A DNA stretch of 64,000 nt from Chrysomallon squamiferum (lineage: Eukaryota; Animalia; Mollusca). Below the pieces are notes generated by a model, which saw only the letters and a program-made list of their open reading frames with translations, was not told the DNA's origin and searched no databases. Within the stretch, counting starts at the first letter, position 1. The number at the start of each line of letters is the position of its first letter. Made by a program: the position numbers and the translations under genes. Location: positions 14,136,001 through 14,200,000 of the forward strand of contig CM022667.1 in NCBI GenBank assembly GCA_012295275.1, read 5' to 3'. Shown piece by piece: positions 51,425 through 64,000 of the stretch.

Positions 51425-52123
51425 ATAAAACCGGAGAGAGAAATTAATCAAAATCAAGAGAGACACATTTTGCTCTCTTTTTAAATCTACAGTTATAAAC
51501 GGATGTTTTTTATGTAGCGTTTCGTTTCGCTAGCGAAATTAATATATATATATATATTTTATGATCAACTCTTCATATAGATATACATAAATCCGAATAA
51601 CTAATCATTTTGGCTTTATGAAAAATTTATTATCGTCCTATATTTTCTGTATTATAATAAATGTATATTGGTTTATATATACGTGCGACCTATAATAAGC
51701 AATACTCCGGGGCACATGTTGGATTATTAGATATATAACTGCTGATAATATTAACAGACATTCAGATTACATTTTATATGTTTGCCAGACAATATAAATA
51801 TTTTATGAATTTGTTTATATGGTTAAATATTTTTTTTTTTTTTTTTTTTTTGTGGATATGGTTTCCAGTTGTAATTTTCTCAAAATAATTTTTCTTTGTC
51901 TGGGCATCGATTTGCCTGTTTCATGTTTCGCAAGTTTAGATTCTGGACGAGGTGGGGAAAAAAAATAAGAAAAAAATTATTGTGTCAAGGTTGAACACCA
52001 TTGTATCGTATTTATATTACGTTTTTGTGAATTTTTTTTCTTTTTAGAGGGGAAAAAGACAGAAAATTAGAAAGAGACAGAATGATAAAACAGTGAAATA
52101 GAAAAACAGAAATAAAAAAGTGT

Positions 52124-52226
<103 letters not shown>

Positions 52227-52890
52227 TTGATACTTAATTAAGCTTGAGCTTTATCGAGATAATAAAATTAGGTTATTGGATTTAGCTAATTTGCTCAATC
52301 TGATAACATAAAATGATCAGAATTACAATCTTAATAAATAAATAAATTCTGGAGATTATAAAGTCAAAAATACGATTCTTTAAAGTACTCTGTAACAGGA
52401 CTTTAAACACGATTATATATAAAAAATTATACAGTATCAAACAGTATCAAAATAAATATCTTTATGTAGAATATACTGTCTATGTAAAATAACAATACAT
52501 ATTACTTAACTGTAAATGCTTTTAAAGAGAATTAAAATAATGTACACTGGTCTATATGTGATGTTAATAATAATATTGATCACTGGGCTGATAATGGCAG
52601 TCAAAAAAAGCAATATTCATTAATTATTTAACGATGTCGGTGATGATGTTAATGTTGGTACTGATGATAGTGATAATAATGATGATGATGATGATGATAA
52701 GAATCACTACTCATGCTGGCTCAAAAAAAATCATTTAAGTATAAACTGATTATAGCAATTTTGTATACGGATTAAGACACGGTAGAATCTGACGCAACTA
52801 TTAAATACAAAGAAAAAGAGAAAGACAGGCAGAGAGAGTGAGAGAGAAATAAAAAAAAGATAGAGAAGGAAATAGGCCGATAGAGGAAGA

Positions 52891-53411
<521 letters not shown>

Positions 53412-53829
53412 AGTGAGGGAGAGAATAGCTGTTAACTCAACGACTCATTAACATATAACACACCTACACATTCAGCTTTGTGATACAGTAGAGAGATGCG
53501 TGTTTGATTAATGACATTGATTATTTATACGTGATACAATTTACTATTTGTTCAAGACAGCTTGAATCAGGAAGTTACCTGTTACTTCAAAACACATACT
53601 TTTATATTATTAATTAATCATGTATCGTATATTTACTTAATTAAGGCTCGAGATATTTCTTCCCCGCCTTCTCTTCATTAACAGCTCTTTCTAGTGAAGT
53701 CTGTGATTGTTTTTTTCATGTTATTTATTTTGGCGTGTTGTTTATTTTTCCTTCATTTTTTTTCCACGAATTTGTCTGTTCTTTAGATCACACTCTAAGG
53801 CATTTTCAGCACATATGCATAATTTAGGA

Positions 53830-54110
53830 CTAATATAGTACAATATAGTATAATATAGTTTTGCACAATATAGTATAGTATGGTATAGTATAGTATAGTA
53901 TAGTAGAGTATAGTACAGTACAGTGTAGTATAGTATAGTATAGCATAGCAAAGTACAGAATAATATAGCAAAGCATTACACAATACAGTACAGTATATTA
54001 TAGAATAGTATAGTTACAGTATAGTATAGTATAGTATGGTATGGTATGGTATAGCACAGAATAACAGAGTATAGTGTACTGTATTATAGTACAGTTAGGA
54101 TAGTGTGCTA
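53830..54110. repeat. Degenerate pentanucleotide (TATAG)n satellite
   Basis: Runs of TAGTA/CAGTA/TGGTA. Confidence 0.85.
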
Positions 54111-55324
54111 TAACGTATTATAAAATAATATAATACACCATACAAAACAAAGCAAACGATAATATAATGAATATAATTTTTAGATACATTGCTGAAACGA
54201 TATCCAGTGTGTCTTATAAAATAGTATCCCTAGTGAATAATATTTCATTAACAGTGACAAAGGCTAGAGCAGATCTGAAGAAAGAAGGGATGAAAAAAAG
54301 CAAAACAAAATTGATTATTTAACTATAGAAAATTCTGAAACCCCTTTCTTCTGAAAGCACCAACAATGTCGCTAAAGATTTACAACATCATTAGAAAGAA
54401 AACAAACAAAGACAAAAAAAAAAAAAAAAAAAGAAAACGACGACAACTTACGTTTTATACAACTTTATAATCTGTAAACAGCAGCTTAAGTAAATAAAAC
54501 GAAGACGACAACGACAATACCATCACCAACAACAGAACTACGAGAGTGCTTCAGTGTTTGGAAACTGATAACCTTGATGGCAAGACTCGACATATTAGGT
54601 TCAAACAGTGTACTAATCGGCACTATCCAGAAGAGCTTTCATCCATCGACTATCATCCTAACGAGATGTGAAGGAATTACAACTGTATCAGCCGAGGAGC
54701 ATTAGCAGGAACAAAACAGTGTTTAATGGCGAAATGGACCTTTCTCGTTACTGGATGCGTCATTAATAACAAATCTTTTATATCGTTCATTTCTGCGTGT
54801 TTTTTTTGTTTTTTTGTTGTTGTTCTTGTTACTGCACTTTTCTTTGTTTCGTATTCAACTGTTTTTATATCTTTAGACTGAGAAGAGAATGATAATTCAA
54901 AAAAAAGAAAAGGATGATTGAAGTAAAGAAAAAGAGGGGTTTTCATATTGAAACTGTTCAACTCGAAATAAATGATGAAAGGAATCAGATATAAAAGCAA
55001 ATTTAAAAAATGAAACTAAATAATTATCCGTTAGTTAGAAATGTTAATAATAATAATAATAATAATATTAATAATAGAAATAAAACATAAAAAATACAAA
55101 GATAAAACCCAGTTTCATTTGTAAAATAACGTCAGCAAATATCAAAAGGCGCAGGTAGACAAAAATAATACTTTAAATAAATATCCACAGCAGTTATATG
55201 AAGTATAACGACAAGCATAGCAGTAAGTAACAAAAATAGATGTACCTTGAAAAAGAAAGGCAGTTTTTTAAAACTAGTATCATACAGAGCTTCTATTATT
55301 GCGTTAAGACAAAAAAAGAAATAT

Positions 55325-55490
<166 letters not shown>

Positions 55491-55762
55491 GTCTGTCTGT
55501 CTGTCTGTCTCTCACTCACTCACTGACTCTCTCTAACTGATTATGTCTTCTCTCAACTCGATTTCAGACATCATTTGACCTGTACTCGATGACACTGATA
55601 AACGTTGACAGAAAAGCCATCGTAATCAACCATCATTTGCCAGTGATTAGCAGATGACACGATATATTAAAAGAGATGACCTCCTTTCCTGCGTAAATCT
55701 TATTGATATTTTGTACAACGCTTCAACTCTTAATTGCACTCTTAATATTTAATCTACGTCAC

Positions 55763-55835
55763 AGGACGTAGCCGAGGTAAGAGAACGTTACCCGACGAGC
55801 CGTAGGCCGCGTGATCAATCCTTACGTTCCCAGTC
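55763..55835 (+). mobile_element. Decayed tRNA-derived SINE head
   Basis: GGACGTAGCCGAGGTAAGAG (A-box-like) ... GTGATCAATCC (B-box-like) at tRNA-like spacing, with weak GGACG/CGTTCC terminal pairing. Confidence 0.4.
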
Positions 55836-57002
55836 CAGTTTACGCTTTCGGTCGGACGTTACGTCTTGTTTGCAAAAGACAGCGGCGTATTCTTTCTGGT
55901 TTACGAATTAATATATTTACAAAAGATACTCAGCCGTTGATTGTGCAGCGCCTAATATTACGTCACTAAGTCACTTAGCTGATTGTCACACGTAATCAAT
56001 GCTATGATGCAGATAATGAAGTGATGATGATGACTCAAGTAATTACGATAATTAAATAACTCTGTCATAATCTTCTTATCGAAATTTAATCACAGTCGTT
56101 CATTGCACAGATCGAACATTAACCCCAAGAATACCAATTACAACTCCCATAAATGATCAAATAAAATTAGATATCAATAATTTAACATTGCTACCATTAC
56201 TACAGCAACAACTAGTACAACTATTATTATTACTATTAATGTTGCTGCTTTAATTACTACCGCTACTGGTATTTTATGAAGCCATCATTACCTCTGCCAT
56301 TACAACTAGAACTACAGCTACAAATACTACTTCTGTTACTACTAGTAACAACAACAACAACAACAAGAACACTAACAACAACAATAATAATAGTAAACAA
56401 ACGAACAAGCAAGCAAACAAACAAATACATAAATAAATAAAACAAATAAACGAGTCTTGTTTGGAACCGGATAACACAGTACCCACGCCTACACAGTAAT
56501 AACGCAACTGACTTTGTCACCCTAGGCAATGGAGATGAAATTTCCAATAGTACAGTGCACGTCTGGCTTTATTCCTCTTGTAATTAGGATGACCACAGAA
56601 ACTTCTATTAGTATGTCAAAGAGTCACCGGATTCATCCTATACTAAGTATTGTAATCTGTCCTACGATTTATTTTCATATTCCCAGACAGTCCTGGTATG
56701 GATTCCTCATAAACATACTGTTTGTTTGAGTCCATAGTAATTTCATACTAATTTGTGAGGTCATTTCTTTCTTCTTTTTTTTTTTTTTTTTTTTTTTTTT
56801 CGTTTGAATGAAAGAGTTAGCGAGAGAAGGATGGGAGAAAGGAGATGGAGTGAGACAGAAAAATAAACAGACAGAAACAGAGTAGACAGACAGATGATAC
56901 ACCCAGGCGTCGATACGTACGTGCAAGCATTTATAAGTTTATACATACACAGACACACAGTTTTATATATACATATAGATTTACGTACTCACACACATAT
57001 GT

Positions 57003-57044
<42 letters not shown>

Positions 57045-57186
57045 ATATATCCTTAAATGAATGTAGATATACATATACTTATTTATATATATACTGAAAT
57101 GCATGTAGATATAGATATATATATATATATATATATGTGTGTGTATATATATATATATATATATAAAGAGAGTGAGAGAGAAAGAG

Positions 57187-57298
<112 letters not shown>

Positions 57299-58486
57299 AC
57301 GAGAACTAAAAACAGACAACAGTATCAACATTACAACAGAAACGTCCTATGTTCTGTAAACTTTACTAGATTACTGACAGATATCGTTTTTCTGACATCA
57401 CTGATGTGGGCATTTTTCCCAAAACTTCCGCTTCGATGAGTGGACACGCCATAATTGCTTGAGTGAATCAGACAGCCAGGGATCACGTGATTTCGATTTT
57501 ACGTCAGATGCGAAAAACAACAAATGATGAAAAAAAAAAAAAAAGAGGAAGCAGAACTGTGAGGGAAAAAAGATAATAAAAATAATAAAAAATAATGAAA
57601 AATAATAAAAAATAAAAAAATAAGGCCGCTGGTGATGCGAAGGTATTTCTAGCTGGCCGACTCTGTTGTTCTGCAAGAGATTAAAAATGTCTAGTGTTTG
57701 ATCAGGAGAAAATATTTGATTGTTCTTCTTTGCCTGCAAACGCTGTACGAGATTAAAGATGGCAGAAATACTGTTCGATTAACTGTGTCAAAAAAAAAAA
57801 AAAAAAAAAAAAAATAGAAAGAAAAAAAGTTGAAAAACGAAAGACGTCTGGAGTCGTAGTCTTATTTTGGTAAAATGATTACAGTTAAAGAATGTTGCAT
57901 TCTTTTCTTTTTTGTATGATTTGTTAAAAGTACATTTATTATTATTGTTGTTGTTATAATCATCATTATTGTCGCTTGTATTTGAAATCTAATATTAGGT
58001 TCTTCAGAATAAAAACATCTACACTTCTTTTCCCATTCAGCAACACGAACTTTTAATTAAAAAAATGTTTTGGCATAGAAGAGACAGCAGAGCACCTACG
58101 ACGAACTTTCTTATACGAATCGAAGAAGGTAAATTGTAACCGAAAATAGCCCGGGATGCCACTGGTGTGGCTCAATCAAGAATCTATCGTAACTCACCCA
58201 AACTTAAAACTTAATTATAATCTAGTCACTGGTATACATACATTTACATTTCATCAGAACCATAGGTCGTGAATTTTTTCGCCCTTAATTAAATAGTATC
58301 AATTAAAAACATAAATCTGCACAGCAAAATGAGAAATCCTAAAGAAAATTATTTAGAAAGGCAAGCAGATAGATAGCCAGAAATATCTACAGAGAAGAAA
58401 TAGGTACAGAGACATACAGACATACATACATTCGTCAATACATATATACATAGAAACACACGTGTACAAACATATATCTGTATCTG

Positions 58487-58543
<57 letters not shown>

Positions 58544-59661
58544 ATCTATATATACATGTATGTACAGATATACAGACACACACGCATATACAAAGACAGA
58601 CAAAAAGAAAAATGTGTAAAAACAGTAAAAAGAAATCAGTGGAAAGACTGAAAGAGGTAATGAAATTTTGTTCACAACAACGAAATAAAAAAAACAGCAA
58701 CTGACCGAGCAACATAAAATAAGATTACGTTATCATTAATTTCTTATCAAAATAGAAAGTATGGAGGCTGACATTTTTAGTTTAGTTCTGACGTCAGTAC
58801 GTATACAGAAACCCGAGTTGTAACAGTTATTCTGGCTCTCCTCTGAAGAGTAATTGGTTTGTATAACTTAAATTCGATTTATTAAAATAACAACTGTCAA
58901 CGTGCGAAATCATATTTCTTCTTCTTCTTTTGCTTCTTCTTCTTCTTCTTCTTCGTTTCATGTATAATTGTAAAGTCAGCGGTCTAGCATTGGCAACAAA
59001 TAAAACAAAATATGTACTTTTCGTTCTTTGAGGTCAGAAACCCTTTGATCTCGGCGTGGTCAAGACTATTAATCTGCGTGTCTATTAGCAGCGCGATGAC
59101 AGAACTACAGTAATAATAGATATGACAAAGACATAGATATCGTTTACTTATGAGCATCTTAAACTTTGTAGATACAATTTTAATGAATTGTAAAAAAATG
59201 ATGCACTTTTGTTTATTTTTTTTCTTTAGAACTTTATAACAGAAAGAACAATAATAAAAAAGTAAAAAGAAAAAAAGAAGAAGTCAAAAAAATAAACAAG
59301 AAAATAAAAGGCAAATAAATATATAACTAAAAGAAGAATAATAATAATAAAAAAAATAAAATAAAATAAAATAATTTTAAAAGTTGAAAAAAATGATAAC
59401 ATACGGTTTTTCTTATTTTAATTTATTTTTGAGCACTTTGAGTACGTGATTGTACTTTGCAATCTTGTATCTGTATTGGCAATGGTGTATTCTTTGCGCT
59501 TGTATCTCGGTTTCATCGCGTTTTGTCATCAGGAGGTCAGTAAGAGTATTCAGTTATAAAATAAAACAAATGATGGTTAATATGACGATGATAAGAAGAC
59601 GAAGATCGTCATGGTCATATTAAGAATACAATGAAAATAACAACAAAGTCAAAAATAACAC

Positions 59662-59710
<49 letters not shown>

Positions 59711-59796
59711 GCTGCTACTACTATGACAACTAATACTAATGATCATAATAATAATTCATGAAACATTGGGATGCGTATATACATCTATGCAACTAT

Positions 59797-59855
<59 letters not shown>

Positions 59856-61769
59856 TGTGTGTGTTGAAAATGTCCTTTCTTTTTATTCCCTTAAAAATAA
59901 ATTAATCGATACTATGTTTAAAATCTGCATGGTTATTAACATTGCTTCAAACAACACACACACATAGAAAAAACAACAACAACAAAAACAAAATTAGAAA
60001 TAATAGAAAAAAATACATTTAAAAAAAAAAAAAAAAACTAGGCTCCGATGCTATATTCTTTAAAATCACCTTGTTCATTTCGATTAAGATTAATGCGTCG
60101 TCAAATGCACAACTAATTAAAATAAAATAAGATTTTAAAACATCAATTTAATTTGACATTGAAGAATTGTCATTAGTAATCCACTCTTTTTATTTAAATT
60201 TAAATTTTGACTTTTAAGAATTACTCACTGTAAAATAACACTTTTTGCTAATGGCAGACAGACCTGGTATCGATAATCGCAAACTAGTGGTCTTAAATAT
60301 CGAGGCTGGAAGTGTTGCGTCACACGGAAAATTAAATTTGTGATTGATCGAGACTTTTCACTGCGCTTCCGCCTACATGCAAATAGGGAGACTTTGGAAA
60401 GATATCGGATTTAGACGATATTTAGTTATTTATGGAAAATGAGCAGTTTCTAAAACCCGAGACTGAAATAGCTTTAACCTCAACGAGTCTTGCAAATCCT
60501 CTAAAAGAATTCGGATGGTTCCTGTATTAAAATCCTACTAAAGAGAGAGAGAGAGAGAGAGAGCGTTAAAAAATCTTTGTTTAATGGTTATCAAGGTTTT
60601 CTATAATCAAAACGTATGTTACTACCACATTTAAATGAACTGGTATTTATGCTATAAAAAAGTAATGCTTTAAATGATGGGATTAATCCCAGTATGGTAT
60701 CCTATAAATCTCCAAAGTGTTCATGATATGTACGTTTTTCTGTGTATATCTCTATACGCTGCTATCTTTTACAGACAATCTAAGCTGCTAACAGGCAGAC
60801 ACATGTCAGTCTTCGATAAACTAACACACGAAGAATCACTGTGTACGTTTGAAACGTCGACAGCTATCGCAGTTTAGTGTATTTTGTTTTCGTGTGATAA
60901 AACAGTACACCTGTTCCACAGTCTAGATCACAGAGAGAAACAGTCTCGTGAATGAAGATACCACCGATTGTTCAGACGTTTTTGTGTGCTTATTTCTCGC
61001 CTTTTATGTAGTGGTCAAGGTGAAGCTAATGTTTTGTATTACTTTATCTTTATTTTAACCCCAGTTATAAATTATAAGGCTACATTTAGATCTGAGATAC
61101 CTTTGTGTGTGTATATGTGTGAGTTATGTGTGTGGTGTTTGTGAATATATTTGTACAGTTCGTTCTTTCATCAGAAATGTATCTCTACATGACATATTGC
61201 CACTAGTGCTTCTCTGTCTGTCTGTCTGTCTGTCTGTCTCTGTCTCTATCTATCTATCTCTCTCTGTCTCTTTCTCTCTCTCTTTCTGTCTCCCTCGCTC
61301 GCTTACCATCGTCTCTATTTCACTTTAGACTTTTACAAAACATCGATATAACACAACTGAAATGAATGTCCTAAAACAACTCAGATATATGCGTAACAAT
61401 TTATATACACGTATTTGTAAACACATAGCTCAGTAGGTGCATTTTATTTAAGAAATCATTATGTCTTTTTAGTCCTGGTAATTTCAAAGTTTACGCCTCT
61501 TGACTGCTACAAGCCGTCGGCTGTATGTTCATCGTGACAGACAGCGTCGATGTGTAATTTCTTCCCTCAACTACTACAACAGCACCCCCGTGGGCAACGA
61601 CATCTCAGCCATCTGGTATTGAATGTTAGAACTAAGAGAGTCGCCAGCAGTCGACGTGTCGTAGACGTACGGGTTGTTATTGAATTAATTAGTAAGAGGA
61701 GCAGCGAATAATGATATCAAAAGTGGCAATTATTAATAGCGATGAGGATAATTATGCAGCGGGGTTAGT

Positions 61770-61909
61770 GTTATTACCAGTAGGGATTCGACAACATTGG
61801 TAAATACCATAACGTGGTAGTACCAAAATTATAAAATTAAGTGATGTCACAACACTGGTACTAATATAAAGATCATATTGCGGTGGTAGTAATGGTGGTG
61901 GTGGTGATG

Positions 61910-61969
<60 letters not shown>

Positions 61970-62276
61970 TTACCAGTGGCGATTCGACAACACTCGTAAA
62001 TACCATAATGTAGTAGTACTAAAATTATAAAATTAAGTGATGTCATAATACTGGTAGTAATATAAAGACCATATTGTGGTGGTAGTGATGGTGGTGGTGG
62101 TGATGGTGGTGGTGGTGATGGTAGTGGTGGTAGTAGTAATAGTATTGTAGTGATTCGACAACATTGGTAAATACCATAATGTAGTAGTACTAAAATTATA
62201 AAATTAAGTGATGTCACAACACTGGTAGTAATATAAATACCATATTGCGGTGGTAGTGATGGTGGTGGTGGTGATG

Positions 62277-62313
<37 letters not shown>

Positions 62314-62720
62314 TAATAGTATTACCAGTGACGATTCGACAACACTCGTAAATACCATAATGTAGTAGTACCAAAATTATAAAATTAAGTGATGTCATAA
62401 CACTGGTAGTAATATAAAGACCATATTGTGGTGGTAGTGATGGTGGTGGTGGTGATTGTGGTGGTGGTGATGGTAGTGGTGGTAGTAGTAATAGTATTGT
62501 AGTGATTCGACAACATTGGTAAATACCATAATGTAGTAGTACCAAAATTATAAAATTAAGTGATGTCACAACACTGGTATAAAGATCATATTGCAGTGGT
62601 ACTAGTGGTGGTGGTAGTAGTAGTGGCAGTAGTAGTAGTAGTAGTGGTAGTAGTAGTAATTGTAGTGATGTCACAACACTAATAAATATAATACAATACA
62701 GTGCCATAATGTGACAGTAG
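61770..62720. repeat. Tandem repeat of about 170-195 bp (5 full units + partial) with embedded (TAG/TGG)n, organised as A/B dimers
   Basis: GATTCGACAACA..GTAAATACCATAA..AAAATTATAAAATTAAGTGATGTCA starts at 61785, 61981, 62152, 62333 and 62504. Confidence 0.93.
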
Positions 62721-63404
62721 TTGTAAAATTATAACACTGAGTGATACTAAAAAATAACTGATACTAGAAATGGTAGTTGTTAAAAATTCAATATTAAGTT
62801 GATATAATTATATATTTGAAAAAAAATATATAAAACTGTGAATAGAACTGCTACAAATGTTTTTTTTATAATATCAATAATAATTTTTAAAATGTAAGAA
62901 TAGTGATATTAATAGAGAAAGTAAATAATTGATAACAATTAGTAACATTAGCATAATGACATTTTAAATATTAGTATCAGAATAGTAACCTTATATTTTT
63001 CTCATATAAAAATAATTATATACATGGCTCGTGTTTTTCTCAAAGAGAATATATTTCAGAATTAATTAATATTTATGACTTTTCCGAAAGCAGACAAAAG
63101 ACGTAAAATGTCAAAATTCATTGAAAAGTAAAAAGAATGATAGAAATTTAATGAACGTAAGACATAAAACAAACAAAATATCAATTTCTGAAATGTCTTG
63201 ACCTTTAGAAATATTTAAAATTTTAACGTTTTGAAACGAATTTGTACAAAAGGGAGGAAAATTGAAGGATAATAATAATAATTAAAAAAAAAAGAAAAAA
63301 AAGTAAACCTGAAAAGGAAAGCAAATTATTTGTAATGAGTTAAAATTAAAATGAATAGAATAAAAAAGGAACATTTTTCAACTATCTCTTTCTCTTTTTA
63401 TTTC

Positions 63405-63722
<318 letters not shown>

Positions 63723-64000
63723 ACACACTACGTACTATACATCCATCCCTCTTCAAACATCTGTCTAACGTACTATACAAAATTCTTCAAGTGATGTCCC
63801 TTTATGCTTGAACTCTTCTTATGAATGTAAATTGAGGTTCGTGTTGGCTCGCCTCACTGCTCGGTTAGTGTTAAAGAAACTCTGTAATTGCTCGCTAGTT
63901 AGTGAAAAACTCAAGTATCTGGCGCTAGTCTGTGTTTTTGACGTCTTTCTTAATTGTCAGCAACGCGTCTCTGCTTTTCGCCATTTCAGAAGAAAGGTTA

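Noticed and set aside
61752-62707. Three similar membrane-protein-like ORFs on the minus strand
   Set aside because: Translations of the tandem repeat; the frame shifts between units, and there is no codon bias or splice support.

Overview
Eukaryotic (animal) genomic DNA: AT-rich, very dense in microsatellites, with GC/CpG-rich coding exons. The gene types and repeat remnants suggest a lophotrochozoan, probably a mollusc (inference only). I can support three protein-coding genes, all on the minus strand and all in the first 30 kb. (1) A spliced gene at 468-7191, reconstructed from 9 coding exons joined by phase-1 GT-AG introns. It encodes signal peptide + VWA (degenerate MIDAS) + VWA (intact MIDAS) + at least two ShKT domains, and probably continues past the window start. 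(2) A basic orphan protein of 258 aa encoded in a single coding exon (9277-10053). (3) An intronless class A GPCR of the FMRFamide/sex-peptide-receptor-like type (28936-30027). From 30 to 64 kb I see no convincing coding exon, only simple repeats, degenerate minisatellites, a dimeric higher-order tandem repeat, SINE/MITE remnants and two CpG-rich promoter-like patches. Almost all other entries in the ORF track are microsatellite or antisense-shadow artefacts. I found no prokaryote-type system such as CRISPR or an operon. The most unusual local feature is a 35-bp minisatellite built from an exon/intron junction, which multiplies a splice donor.
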